A stretch of DNA of 64,000 nucleotides from the IMG/VR virus record IMGVR_UViG_3300028833_000116, positions 1 through 64,000 of that record; one strand, given 5' to 3'. The position numbers and the translations under genes are program-made. Below, in pieces: positions 44,401 through 51,002 of the stretch (its first letter is position 1; every line of letters begins with the position of its first letter). The notes beneath the pieces were generated by a model that had not been told where the DNA came from, ran no database searches, and saw only the letters and a program-made list of their open reading frames with translations. The stretch is from a virus. Lineage: Duplodnaviria > Caudoviricetes.

Positions 44401-46286
44401 AACAAGCACTTCGTAAATATGGTGTTTATCAAAGACGTTATACTGTAACTGGTTCTCTTAATGTAGATAGACTTGCATCAACTGATGAACAAGCTGCTTA
44501 TGTTAAAGAACTTGATGATAATCTTATACAGCAATTTGATAATCAAATTAGACGTCTTGTTTATGACCAATGGAAGATGCCAAATGCCAAATTGACAAAA
44601 TGGATGAGTGTACTACAGTCATTTACTTCTGCTAAATACATGATGATGAATGTAAAAGGTGGTATTGCTAACGTTACTCTTGGTGAATCTCAGATTTTAG
44701 CTGAAGCTTTTGCTAGAGAATACTTTAATGTTAAACAATGGGCTAAAGGTAAAGGTTTGTATCTATCTGCTATGTATGATTTTATTGCAAATGCTTATAG
44801 TGAAAAATCTTCTACTCTTCAAGGTGCAATTATTAAGTTCTTTGACGTTATTGATTACGATGAACATACTGGATTAGGACATATTAATACTGACCCAGCT
44901 GTTATTCTTGAACGTATTCGTAATGCAGGTTATACTCCTCAAACATCTGGTGAACATTTTATGCAAAATAGTGCTCTTCTTACAATGATGAAAAGTCATA
45001 AAGTTGTTGCCAATGAACGTGCTGGAGAATTTGGACAACCTGCTTTTAAAATTATTAATTTTGAAGAATATGTTAGAGATGCTAATGAAGATGCACTCAA
45101 AGCTATTGTTAAACCAGAAGTCTGGGCAAAGTATCAAAAACGTGTAGAAGAAATATCTTCCGATGCTAATCAAATGAAAGAATTTGCTTGGTTTAGAAAA
45201 GATATGACTGATGAATTTGCTAAATCTTTCTTAAGTGTAGAAGAACGTAAAGCTCTTGTTAAGAAAAAGAATGCTATTCGTAAGGAGGCTAAAGATAAAT
45301 TTAATAAACTTCCTGATGTTTATAGTCAAGTAGAACTAGATAAAACTACAGGTAAGATGGCTTTCAAAGCTGGTAGTTTATTAGCTAGTATAGATGAAGC
45401 TAAGTCTGATGGTTCTGCAACTGATGCTATGCAACTTGTAGCTAACTTCAAAGGTCGTGTGATAGCTGTTAATAAGAAAATACACGGTGTGTATGACAAA
45501 ACAGGTAGAGCACAAGTTGAAAGTGGTAATGGATTTGGTGGTCCTCTTGGTGCTTTAATTATGCAATATCATAAACATCTTCCTGTTGGTATAATGAAAC
45601 GTTATAGAGTTAGAGGAATGTTTAATGAAGAAAGAGGTACTGTTGAAAAAGGTGTCTATACTTCTATTATTGACTTCCTTTCAGTTCCATTTAAACGTCA
45701 TCAAGAAATGTTAGGTCTTACTGATAAAGAAGTTAAAGCTGGTATAGGTGTTCAAAATATATTAAAGAATGTTTTGAATTTCATTGCTCATCCAGTTCTT
45801 AATTATGAAGAAATGCCTGAATACGATAAAGCTAATTTAAGACGTTCCTTTGGTGATGTTGTAGGAGCACTTGGTGCATTACTTTTAGTAATAGCTATAA
45901 AAGCTGCTGGAGGAGATGATGACGATGATGTATGGTATAATTTAGCTCTTTATGAAGCAGACCGTCTTTCTACTGAGGCTACTGAATACTTCCCACTATT
46001 TGCTCCTGCTGCTGCTAAAAAACTATGGACAACTCCTATTGCTGGTATGAATGTTATTAATGATGTAATGATGTCTGTACAATTTATAAGTCAATATCTA
46101 TTTGACCCAGACTTTGATAATACTTACAAAACAGGTAAATATGCTGGTAGAGATAAAATTGCAGTACGTCTTGAAGGTAACATTCCAATTTGGAGAGGTA
46201 TTAAGAGTAGCTTTGTTGATATTTCTGAAAATAATAAATATTACAAAGTAGGAGGTAACTTACTTACTATTGTAGGTGCAAACTAA
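32406..46286 (+). CDS. Virion-packaged DNA-dependent RNA polymerase (crAss-type giant polyprotein)
   Basis: 4626 aa with the catalytic QTGSDFDIDS (DxDxD at 37575-37589), GYRIPTEGKQS and LRIPSDAPK motifs. Confidence 0.85.
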   Translation: MNGCVSGIDINANKALIELQKMCGTNVSQFYRYIGKVVKSTTTTGSLEFEDEFKTWWKDTAKMKSELDINNTNPTTLKNKIVQYFEETAATFEAGVRKSTGFDKVGLFGYDSIATRELGKRLFANRMILHFHKLQTQGIKVENPFIACATEAIDVFRNLLADKLEEYKGINGDEAYDALVDNCATYLNSIIKEDDNYQLRMLASLYKEIISTPVEENDTNARAEFLKEVMRDSRLGVIRDLNAKDKDFEAIDIAAQEDAINDPNVNPEDTSQEATFNVSIRVYNEHGGIYTNYMTHVSQSIKALLDSIPKLNDYNYAANEPDYNLDNAFGIPDVYNANEIASILYHYGEYDDVYYMIESIDEIAKSIPGYAGLKLLADKLRANRDLAFDFYRTFGKAVISKLETVVEGEGAESRRSNQTSSKGEVLRYTFVNHLKSTAIRLDLDFAKAELGMLKLQLGTKQLTEDREADKFIHDLYVQLRTFYPSITENAISRFVKNNKIKGVVNRRKNFDQLTRILNNTIESSNLIKDKYDELQAARSSAYYKNKRLEIENAETPGLHSPEEFENLDPLYSISYVSKENQQPCVELADALLKYTPVRTNLNSRNVHGNQSSDVINNSMITNLMHTFESVLNNPDDYGNISDNSPLMRFAQHKFQSQQYDHGNLLLEKKDENGKIINYGLFYRDKDGKIKPTTYARQLLQFSLFNGASNLDDGTNVLYNEMSRGDYIGTAWINFFHEDSIDVDGAKISVAQYFLRIPSDAPKTFTLRAPKYDAKGFRTVINQREINQAIADEINKVTDKFFASNNVLFGDKPITGYRKDKPWTNDDLLKHIRFDGKGKFTIPTGLRKNSKFKNGEVVTVALAYNVNVENSDEPQQVYYAISGTYNDGVLENANFEGFAREGFTEDIYIELRAALNNELKRTGEVNGVKEQYRVNTKHQLFRQMRSSFVQELQDAATALDVMFERKELTKAQKQKLGIPENVKAFTVARERGTHELKFKKGNNTNHGHLNSIYHYDGSGKLVTGEIGSEKLTGKVFTSDRFTVYDSVNKKIINYGQQIIDEAIDFLYGGDIQRAFIFVETAEGKVEPRISPELEAKIEEKLSAWTDAYIESARERLTPMAGFLRSVSLNTDNITEFAINHHLMYINFNDILEGDTKFYKDSQTFLKRAKEYQGSGVPYGIMNYKLGIDNLMPNGHIVSELDKFPEIGIYLRTKFKAVTIKNTIKTDDETIDRLIDQLVEESGLSREAAETLMRGPLKKGKRSGGFQEVTVNDAQSYITFDEWVRRITARGQFYKYKHLIDKIRDPNSTISAKDMEEFVQVQKNFYYDQHYNSDTRVIGPRQIKNAEFVIVPRFVQGTELEKVYDLMKKYGIDQLNTSETSKASKSYELELFDSNTGLMKEDILAELADTSGKTKSKFGQVVNDAIEEFDYNHLYTQQETPQHIDASNKAGIQIMKKILDNIDENSPLYDKKNEFFRLYSANIKESFTNLMTEFNIPLDANGNIKLNEDGSIDGLNYEVFYERLQEELVRLGLDSNMADYVTLDGVTVGSTVMPNYMSLVAQKLENIAQSLFNNRITRQLLPGFHAAQITGVGFTSLAQQGIEKKAYSDKLRYHPVVDGKVQPYVEIMLPAAAFGFDINSESSQAFIAAEIAKGKTKDEAERALKDFWLEQLNNKKLGNIGTILGYRIPTEGKQSVCIMKVVDFTDDALGSTIVVPDAWVAQTGSDFDIDSVYGIQYSTYIDKNGIIHRHDYKTSNEQLYMDYVRRSLGKERWNEIFETARLEKDEKDEIKAKFTDAEGHVDWEAVKANIKAESRKILQEELINAINSNHLESFSEYSKKSVEERNTKKARNNKMLDIMKDILGHKDSLEENLSRSNFDDILDSFSKVLDIMPDYASQRASRSPYNFFDQAEYMEDAMSGAKLKAFSVTRDTFCSVCNTVKPTLAKNSELEIIYDFSNLTKDEYQAKLNTINENFDNVAEVGNQKIKVTHKTFGWTKKNKNVEGKILTAYSSQTTAHILDAIKSGNIPNVNDLTFAVYKTFVDVGSNYDTAISFMMQPGVRRIVEAYNSSKSIYSENNSKNYVGSAIRNIVKSLNLDISKNATIDDILAEINHKYGGLINKLFGTKGVVYTLEEEDIAKIPFNVELQFKRLSNELSSPVEEISKDEVNAIYDLAIVLQYNKLSLLANQVGSAARVCNPDRFGAKQSIFATNDVFTSIEELATDDTFRLLVGKTNLIDAIYPGARKGAESFATQDDSKLPNQSAYPSLFAFLKYATATSILVNRQLFKTQEKDFVDYVMSIEEVLSDDAKIDEKTAKEFQNYIINALYRKVRFINQPLVYKTGVGFVYTEKDNEEPNLAEQTRIYGYGHTPDLSLDYEEESYTYDDKGELIKREVKVVRRPFRVENPASPTKDEIKDFARLSPAQKVAYIQEHFATRGIFDYVKTTLSNDYATRNTQAGAQTLSFDEDAIDAETRYQLFYDSFTNKNPLIALTAADIIKYAFVVEGYKMGMHNVSKMISNKVLVSTSKLYGTNFIQEMNEFMATVDSQFTEQLKENFVRSHSTMQGINRRSVQKETTGGYELKQRGQGLIIIETNKQGKELAEKYGIIHRDKKGKVDKVNQYVVLKFGKKPTLYKIKERSGLGYVLTPLNKLEANENDVWSVRSDNNIYPYLDKDGSNYYDNIISKYQDAVTEKNISSFSASELMEVGRSIDTAPYKVQKTKKVKGRYGDAFRVNKDDQLGKILIKTVGNWFENSVKDNKPACYLINNSLGQFIKTFGPEGSIITSVPVFEINEKGEEVLKYKVPVKITKKNVKSLMWTYVKEKGALDRPAPKGKEDLVAVLRNFSAGHEQTMQTNLDNVYEITTTEQQVDPGAEVMFSTIDDVIGQGVQTINRRAYRQEDVAARKIAKRWETEGTVASDENKKKNTTEIVVELAKYATDTAREINKSLTSFIEDPDNPNHYLSIVDDKTLKLVKKNPEIRRLFLKTIMEPHAFAQQFSMIKELDMDSADTRTRMYLERIKQAVDQVENASIIATAREKYIHEYIDKISDNPLVRHGLISVIDGFYKTNFLNAWFNDIQETSNGLIQVTMKNVMRDIRAQEMEARRAIDKFVKNIDAIKAEAKANGKEFNFSHIIDEYGRFIQDYNEKFIEDRDRLQKAAQDAKIKANDIAKEKGKDNNEYIKAQVDWLRRRLEYNEWKAKYVHQPVVQEYYDKINALERKILFGEPTRDEETGKIEYLGASPYIYAMYQTLREERVETRNQFIDDAEDPELDAKLDELDIAIRNLTSDYITNPTTGIIEEKIDFEFEAKDEDEMINRARLSLTAANRLKKFIDSRKDLEEQYFKYDPVYNFNEEVERYQAIIDKAERRDANDIPQASEYELTNNEEYQKARIWLRRNAIRQPIIDDENDWYNELKAAYEELHDDDKSLDYGKRYYDIIHNDKYKDELGQVNPMLLSKEDLEKLKTAQETNYKLKKENPYSDRNLLSNKAKDEKIVYTSAFYRGLSGIPAPSATQKSANPEWQKTVTDINNLLAPYYSESTQSILFNKIIEEPNAEEILEKLGNLYDKLHSFADEKRKDKSRAKRKQVREFVEKNVEFVTNEDALEADKRLLDVKKSRIKTLLNNVMYEIGYDGNRKPNRFLYQTVSLKLKNKNSLELYLKDDRDIDKTIDKEDFNKLKQFVDRKRTNAIRTIEKYTYQRPSRHYYTAEAEARTGRNLFGYSSYKEWFTANHIYNPNTNRFEPLKIWMVTSYKESLKHKWSPKFPQQIRTVRDGYYDTAHYGPIDVEDIEASKEYHEEIDFRNKEYKPDGGHRLNYRKGVNKEYDAKIDANEYELKAAKLMQDVCMALAHETSAKKYFEQGWLPSKARHGERGAEFWKDEMLKTFGWNESATGYEDWYKNIDYYKDKAPSMPMLSKLKNKYIEEKKKELGSRPVRKAGESESDYIARKKRWDEMYKEYQKEELKVQKELLEGDPVRAISEFILKASHYNAIQNNKYELFFAQQALRKYGVYQRRYTVTGSLNVDRLASTDEQAAYVKELDDNLIQQFDNQIRRLVYDQWKMPNAKLTKWMSVLQSFTSAKYMMMNVKGGIANVTLGESQILAEAFAREYFNVKQWAKGKGLYLSAMYDFIANAYSEKSSTLQGAIIKFFDVIDYDEHTGLGHINTDPAVILERIRNAGYTPQTSGEHFMQNSALLTMMKSHKVVANERAGEFGQPAFKIINFEEYVRDANEDALKAIVKPEVWAKYQKRVEEISSDANQMKEFAWFRKDMTDEFAKSFLSVEERKALVKKKNAIRKEAKDKFNKLPDVYSQVELDKTTGKMAFKAGSLLASIDEAKSDGSATDAMQLVANFKGRVIAVNKKIHGVYDKTGRAQVESGNGFGGPLGALIMQYHKHLPVGIMKRYRVRGMFNEERGTVEKGVYTSIIDFLSVPFKRHQEMLGLTDKEVKAGIGVQNILKNVLNFIAHPVLNYEEMPEYDKANLRRSFGDVVGALGALLLVIAIKAAGGDDDDDVWYNLALYEADRLSTEATEYFPLFAPAAAKKLWTTPIAGMNVINDVMMSVQFISQYLFDPDFDNTYKTGKYAGRDKIAVRLEGNIPIWRGIKSSFVDISENNKYYKVGGNLLTIVGAN

Positions 46287-46293
46287 AAAGATT

Positions 46294-46321
46294 AGAGGAG
46301 TAGAAATACTCCTCTTTCTTT
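46294..46321 (+). terminator. Terminator of the + strand module
   Basis: AGAGGAGTA-GAAA-TACTCCTCT followed by TTCTTT. Confidence 0.8.
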
Positions 46322-46348
46322 ATGTACCGAATGTGTTGCATAACATAT

Positions 46349-46389
46349 AAAAAAAAGCCTCAAGCTACTCTCACGAGCAACTTGGGGCT
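46349..46389 (-). terminator. Terminator of the - strand module
   Basis: AGCCTCAAG...CTTGGGGCT stem preceded on the + strand by A8. Confidence 0.7.
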
Positions 46390-46450
46390 ACTAATAACTA
46401 AAAACCTAAAACTATTTTTATGAATTACACATTATTTAGTTAAGACCTAA

Positions 46451-46570
46451 CTTAAATTTTTTGTGTTTTATTTTATTCAATTTGAGGCTTTCTATTTTTC
46501 AGCTTATTAGTTAATCATAAAGCTATTAAAAACGCAGTAGAAGGCAAGCAAACTACTAAATAGAAAGTTT
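46451..46570 (+). repeat. Structured dispersed element, copy C
   Basis: Core AGCTTATTAGTTAATCA at 46501; stem GCTTTCTA/TAGAAGGC; AAATAGAAAGTTT at +57, identical to copy A. Confidence 0.7.
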
Positions 46571-46571
46571 A

Positions 46572-46847
46572 TTAGTAACCATCGGGCAAAATAACTTTGC
46601 CAAACTGGTCATGTCTAACTGTAACATCATCACTATCAATAACCTCAATAGTAAGACGAGCATCAAGAATAGAATCAACAGTAGTAACAAGCTGTCTATG
46701 ATACATTTCTTCTACGGGGGAGCTAGTTACTCCATTTACTACTACTAATTTTAAACCATAATAGCATATAACAAGAGGAATTATTAGAATTGTTATTGCT
46801 ATAATAAATCTTATAATATGGTCTAATATTTTATAAAGTATATTCAT
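46572..46847 (-). CDS. Small membrane protein
   Basis: 91 aa with an N-terminal hydrophobic helix. Confidence 0.65.
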   Translation of the reverse strand: MNILYKILDHIIRFIIAITILIIPLVICYYGLKLVVVNGVTSSPVEEMYHRQLVTTVDSILDARLTIEVIDSDDVTVRHDQFGKVILPDGY

Positions 46848-46863
46848 AATATTTTATAATAAT

Positions 46864-46889
46864 GGGTGGTAGCCATATTACTACCACCC
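46864..46889 (-). terminator. Intergenic hairpin
   Basis: GGGTGGTAG-N8-CTACCACCC. Confidence 0.5.
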
Positions 46890-46924
46890 GAACCAACACG
46901 TTTAATAGGTAAAAAGGGAAAAGT

Positions 46925-47206
46925 TTATTTAAAATCTATATCAATCCAACGAAGAACTACTATAGCTGGTTTAGTACCTATTTCTTTACGAACTACTTTA
47001 CCATCTTTAATAAAAACAGTTGTTGGAAAGTCACTTAAATGAAGTTCATTATAAAGAGCTTTTTCCATTTGACGTAAGGTTTTATAATTGCTTTCTCTAA
47101 AAGTAATATCTTTTTTCTTAGTAGAACCAAGAGCTTCCTTTATAGAGTTTTGCATAATTTCACAACCTTCACATCCAACAGTAGTTATTAATAGTATTTC
47201 TTTCAT
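46925..47206 (-). CDS. Thioredoxin/glutaredoxin-like protein
   Basis: CEGC motif and DFPTTVFIKDG cis-Pro segment; probable start MKEILL at 47206. Confidence 0.8.
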   Translation of the reverse strand: MKEILLITTVGCEGCEIMQNSIKEALGSTKKKDITFRESNYKTLRQMEKALYNELHLSDFPTTVFIKDGKVVRKEIGTKPAIVVLRWIDIDFK

Positions 47207-47207
47207 A

Positions 47208-47504
47208 TTACTCTTTAGTATTTTGGTCAGCATCTTTAGCAGGTCCTGTAGATTCTGGTTCTACATCCTCAACTTTTACTTCAGTGTAGAATTTGCCATT
47301 ATCACCTTTATAGTAGCCTTCATTATGAAGAATTGCTTCAGTTGCATCAGCAACCATTCTAAAACCTCTAAGAGCAACACAACAGTTACCAAAATTAGCT
47401 TTAGACTTTTCATCATTTACAACTGCATTTTTAATACTCTCTTCTAACTCTGCAATATTATCTGTTGCAAACTTATTAACATTAATAAGAAATTTGTATT
47501 CCAT
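47208..47504 (-). CDS. Hypothetical protein
   Basis: 98-aa ORF. Confidence 0.7.
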   Translation of the reverse strand: MEYKFLINVNKFATDNIAELEESIKNAVVNDEKSKANFGNCCVALRGFRMVADATEAILHNEGYYKGDNGKFYTEVKVEDVEPESTGPAKDADQNTKE

Positions 47505-47528
47505 AACTTTTAAATTTTTAATAATTAT

Positions 47529-47966
47529 TTATTTCATACCACTATGTCCAAAACCACCTTCACCACGTTCAGTTTCGTCAAGAACTTCTACTTCTTCAAA
47601 GACTCCTTGTTCACACTTATGAATAACCATTTGAGCAATACGTTCTCCAGGCTTAACAATAAAATCTTCATGAGAAAGATTTACAAGTTCTACACCAACT
47701 TCACCACGGTAGTCAGAATCAATAGTACCTGGACTATTTAAGCAAGTAATACCATGTTTAATAGCAAGACCACTACGAGGACGAACCTGCGCTTCATAAC
47801 CTTCAGGTAATTGAATATACAAACCTGTACCTATAAGTTTACGGTCAAGAGATTTAAGAAGGATAGGGTTATCAATATTAGCCCTTAAATCCATACCAGC
47901 ACTCTGAGGAGTAGCATAAGCTGGAAGAGGCTGATTACCTTTGTTAATTACTTTAATCTTAATCAT
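47529..47966 (-). CDS. dut: Trimeric dUTPase
   Basis: Motifs [27 protein letters not shown] and [10 protein letters not shown]. Confidence 0.97.
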   Translation of the reverse strand: MIKIKVINKGNQPLPAYATPQSAGMDLRANIDNPILLKSLDRKLIGTGLYIQLPEGYEAQVRPRSGLAIKHGITCLNSPGTIDSDYRGEVGVELVNLSHEDFIVKPGERIAQMVIHKCEQGVFEEVEVLDETERGEGGFGHSGMK

Positions 47967-47998
47967 TATCTTTATAAATATTTAAGTTAATAACCTTA

Positions 47999-48064
47999 CA
48001 AAGATAGTAATTATTTTTTATAGTCGATAAAAATAATAGTTAAATTATGTTATCAACATAATTT
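47999..48064 (-). promoter_or_regulatory. Bacteroidetes-type promoter upstream of dut, with a palindrome
   Basis: TATCTTTG on - strand at 48006-47999; TTTAAC 38 nt upstream; palindrome AAATTATGTT-ATC-AACATAATTT at 48042-48064. Confidence 0.65.
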
Positions 48065-48162
48065 TCTACAGGGAAGTTAATTAATTATTAACACTAATAG
48101 GAGGAAAGCATTAAATATTAGTATTAAAATTATAAACTCCCCCGTAGAAGAAATATACCATG

Positions 48163-49224
48163 TTATGCAGCTTTATACATTACTACTGTATTAAGAGCTT
48201 TATTCATTGCAAGTCTATCACTACCAAAAATAAGATTATTCATTCTCTTCTCACCTTCTTGGTTCTTAACATTTGCATAATAGCCAGTTATAGCATTATA
48301 TGCACCCCAAGCATTGCCAACAATTTCTTCTTGAGCAATACCATTGTGATAATAATCAAAGATAGTATTAAGAATGTTAGCTTTTCTAGTTGTTACACCA
48401 GTTCTTTGTAGAGTAAGCCAATCTTTATCAAAGACTTTTCTAACAGTATAATCTTTATCTTCAGACATTACAGACTCATATTCTTTAGAATCAAGAATTA
48501 ATCTAGCAATATAATCTCTTACTTGATTATCATTCATCTTAATTGTAAGAAGACTTTCATATAGAAGTTGAGAAGTCTTAGCATATTCTATAGCTGCTCT
48601 AAGAGTTTCAGCACCAAAATCAAGACGGTCTTTAGCTGTCTTTGTATGCTTAATTCTTATATGAGAACTGTTTTCTTCAAATGCTGAGTTAAGACAATTA
48701 GTACAGAAAACTCTAACAGGAGTAAATAGAATATCTATACTACCACTCCCATCATGCGAAGTACTAAATACAAGATAATTATCAATAGGGTCACCACCGA
48801 CAGTAGTTTTAATAGGAAGTTTAGCCGTAATGAACACTTTATGTCCATAGCCAAAACATCCAGCATATTGAAATAGTGCTTTATCTTCTCCAATAGCATT
48901 ATCTATAAAATTAAAAGCATCAATGTTTTGAACAACTTCATACTTAGATTTAACAATTCCAAGTGGAATATTTAAATCTGTACGATATGTAGCATAACCA
49001 TTAGGACACTCACGATAAATTTCTCCATCGTGAACAAAATCACCTGAACCTTCTTTAATATCATTATTACCATTTAGACTAAATGGCATACGAGCAACAA
49101 GGTCACACTTTTCTACAGACCAATTAAGACCTGCTTTCTTTAATACTTCCGCTGATGTTTTACAATCATCTACTTCAGTACCTAATCCATTACTCCATGG
49201 GAGTCCAGCAACTTTATAAGCCAT
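48163..49224 (-). CDS. DUF932 family phage protein
   Basis: AGLNWSV, LGIVKSKYEVVQN, SHDGSGS, TPVRVFCTN and WGAYNAITGY motifs. Confidence 0.85.
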   Translation of the reverse strand: MAYKVAGLPWSNGLGTEVDDCKTSAEVLKKAGLNWSVEKCDLVARMPFSLNGNNDIKEGSGDFVHDGEIYRECPNGYATYRTDLNIPLGIVKSKYEVVQNIDAFNFIDNAIGEDKALFQYAGCFGYGHKVFITAKLPIKTTVGGDPIDNYLVFSTSHDGSGSIDILFTPVRVFCTNCLNSAFEENSSHIRIKHTKTAKDRLDFGAETLRAAIEYAKTSQLLYESLLTIKMNDNQVRDYIARLILDSKEYESVMSEDKDYTVRKVFDKDWLTLQRTGVTTRKANILNTIFDYYHNGIAQEEIVGNAWGAYNAITGYYANVKNQEGEKRMNNLIFGSDRLAMNKALNTVVMYKAA

Positions 49225-49229
49225 AATTA

Positions 49230-49385
49230 TTAAGATATAGTTATTATCACATTAGTTGAATTGTATTCAATTTCATCTATGCGTAGGTTAAGAATACTTC
49301 CATTAGAAACAAGTACTTCACTTCTACCATCTACACAATGTTCTTTAGCTTCTAAAAGCTTTTCTATTAACTCATCTAGTGTCAT
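49230..49385 (-). CDS. Small hypothetical protein (51 aa, absent from the ORF track)
   Basis: MTLDELIEKLLEAKEHCVDGRSEV...ITIS*; ATGA overlap with the Gp157 stop. Confidence 0.65.
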   Translation of the reverse strand: MTLDELIEKLLEAKEHCVDGRSEVLVSNGSILNLRIDEIEYNSTNVIITIS

Positions 49386-50122
49386 TTTATTTGAACAGTT
49401 TTATTAGGAACAATGCTAGCTATATTATGTAAATCAGCATTTCCTTCTTTAAGAATGCCTTTTACTATAGTCTTATCAATATTACTTTTAACTTTATAAG
49501 AATTTATAAACTTGAAGAACTTTTTAGTAAACTCAAGACCATTTCCAAATATTAAATCTCTAATGTTTACATTAAAAGATAAGTTAGCTTGAATGTTATA
49601 AAGTTCATCATCTGTAATATTTATAGGATTATCTGTATTTTTAAGAGCTTTTAGTAAATCATTACAATCCAAATTATCTTCTTCAAGTTCATTAGTGTAG
49701 CTTAATTGATTTAAGTATGAAAATACATTGTTAACTACATTATCAACAAGTTCATCATTTGTTTCTACTTTTTCTGAATTTCTAACACTAATCTTACCAG
49801 TTCCATAATCTATATATTTACCTCCAGATTTAGTTTCATCACCGAACATATCAACAGCCCAAATTATAATCTTTTTCAGACGTTCGATAGCTTTCTTTTT
49901 AGATTCTTTTAAATCTTTAAGACGAGAAATTTCTTCATCTACAAGTTTAATATCAGATTCAGCTTGTTTAATAACATCGGTGTAATTTTTAACTTTAGTC
50001 TTAAAGTCAGCCTGCGAAATAGCAAGCTGACTTTCAAGTTCTTCAGTTAATTCCCCACCATTATCTTCTATTTCTTGAAATATATCAAGAAGTTCTTGTG
50101 ATATTTGAAAAATATTACCCAT
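49382..50122 (-). CDS. Siphovirus Gp157-family protein
   Basis: N-terminus NIFQISQEL...GGELTEELE, coiled coil EISRLKDLK and C-terminus IDKTIVKGILKEG. Confidence 0.75.
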   Translation of the reverse strand: MGNIFQISQELLDIFQEIEDNGGELTEELESQLAISQADFKTKVKNYTDVIKQAESDIKLVDEEISRLKDLKESKKKAIERLKKIIIWAVDMFGDETKSGGKYIDYGTGKISVRNSEKVETNDELVDNVVNNVFSYLNQLSYTNELEEDNLDCNDLLKALKNTDNPINITDDELYNIQANLSFNVNIRDLIFGNGLEFTKKFFKFINSYKVKSNIDKTIVKGILKEGNADLHNIASIVPNKTVQIK

Positions 50123-50125
50123 AAT

Positions 50126-50311
50126 TTATAGTTCTATTATTAATTTTTCTTTCTTATAATAAGGAATTTCATCTTCATTGTTAAAAGATATAACAAATAG
50201 ACCATCATTTACTAGTAAAACACCATTTTCATTTTCTACAGAGATATAATCTTTGCAAGTTTTACCTTTATTAATAGAGGCTTTAACTTTGTAAATCTTT
50301 GTCGGAATCAT
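50126..50311 (-). CDS. Hypothetical protein
   Basis: 61-aa ORF in the operon. Confidence 0.55.
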   Translation of the reverse strand: MIPTKIYKVKASINKGKTCKDYISVENENGVLLVNDGLFVISFNNEDEIPYYKKEKLIIEL

Positions 50312-50585
50312 AATCGTGTTCGTAATCAGAAGTCATAACTACAATATCATAAATAGCATCATATAATGGATGCATATCACCATAAAAAGCACTATCTTCT
50401 TCTATACATTTATCATGTTTATCTATATATTTATTAAATATTCCTGTAGAACGAATACGAATATCATGCAAAAGCTGTTGCTCAGAAAAATCTTTAGCAG
50501 CATAAGCTTTCTCACGCTCAATAAAACAAATAGCAATACTAATAATAGCAATAATTAATACTATTGTAGAACAAATAATAATCAT
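50283..50585 (-). CDS. Membrane-anchored hypothetical protein
   Basis: 100 aa with an N-terminal hydrophobic helix. Confidence 0.65.
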   Translation of the reverse strand: MIIICSTIVLIIAIISIAICFIEREKAYAAKDFSEQQLLHDIRIRSTGIFNKYIDKHDKCIEEDSAFYGDMHPLYDAIYDIVVMTSDYEHDYDSDKDLQS

Positions 50586-50586
50586 A

Positions 50587-50823
50587 TTATATCTTATATT
50601 TTAATTCACCTTTAACTTTAATTGATAACCTAGTATCAATAATTTTCAAATCAGAACCTGGAAATTTTTCGTTAAGAACATCTACAAGTTCTTCAAGACA
50701 GTCAACAGCTGCACGTCTATATTCTTGAGATTTGTCAAGTCCTATAGCAGTTAAACAAATAGCTGCTGTACTAATAAGAATAGTTACACTAAAAATAATA
50801 GCTGCAATAATAATTACACTCAT
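50587..50823 (-). CDS. Membrane-anchored hypothetical protein
   Basis: 78 aa with an N-terminal hydrophobic helix. Confidence 0.65.
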   Translation of the reverse strand: MSVIIIAAIIFSVTILISTAAICLTAIGLDKSQEYRRAAVDCLEELVDVLNEKFPGSDLKIIDTRLSIKVKGELKYKI

Positions 50824-51002
50824 CTTCTATAATAATTATCTAAATAAACTGGAGTTTCTTTAATCTTACCACAATTGGTACAACGAGAGATAATAGTAGT
50901 TCCTACTACAACACCATAAGGATTTTTAATATCCTTCTTTTCAAGAACTTCATAATGATGAAGTCCGATGATACATTTAAAATCTTTACTCATAACAAAC
51001 AA
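50820..51002 (-). CDS. Small Cys/His (zinc-ribbon-like) protein
   Basis: CIIGLHHY...RCTNCGK. Confidence 0.65.
   Translation of the reverse strand: MFVMSKDFKCIIGLHHYEVLEKKDIKNPYGVVVGTTIISRCTNCGKIKETPVYLDNYYRR

Noticed and set aside
46287-46571. tRNA in the convergence region or other intergenic gaps
   Set aside because: No cloverleaf or T-loop GTTCRA signature was found; the hairpins are explained by terminators and element C.
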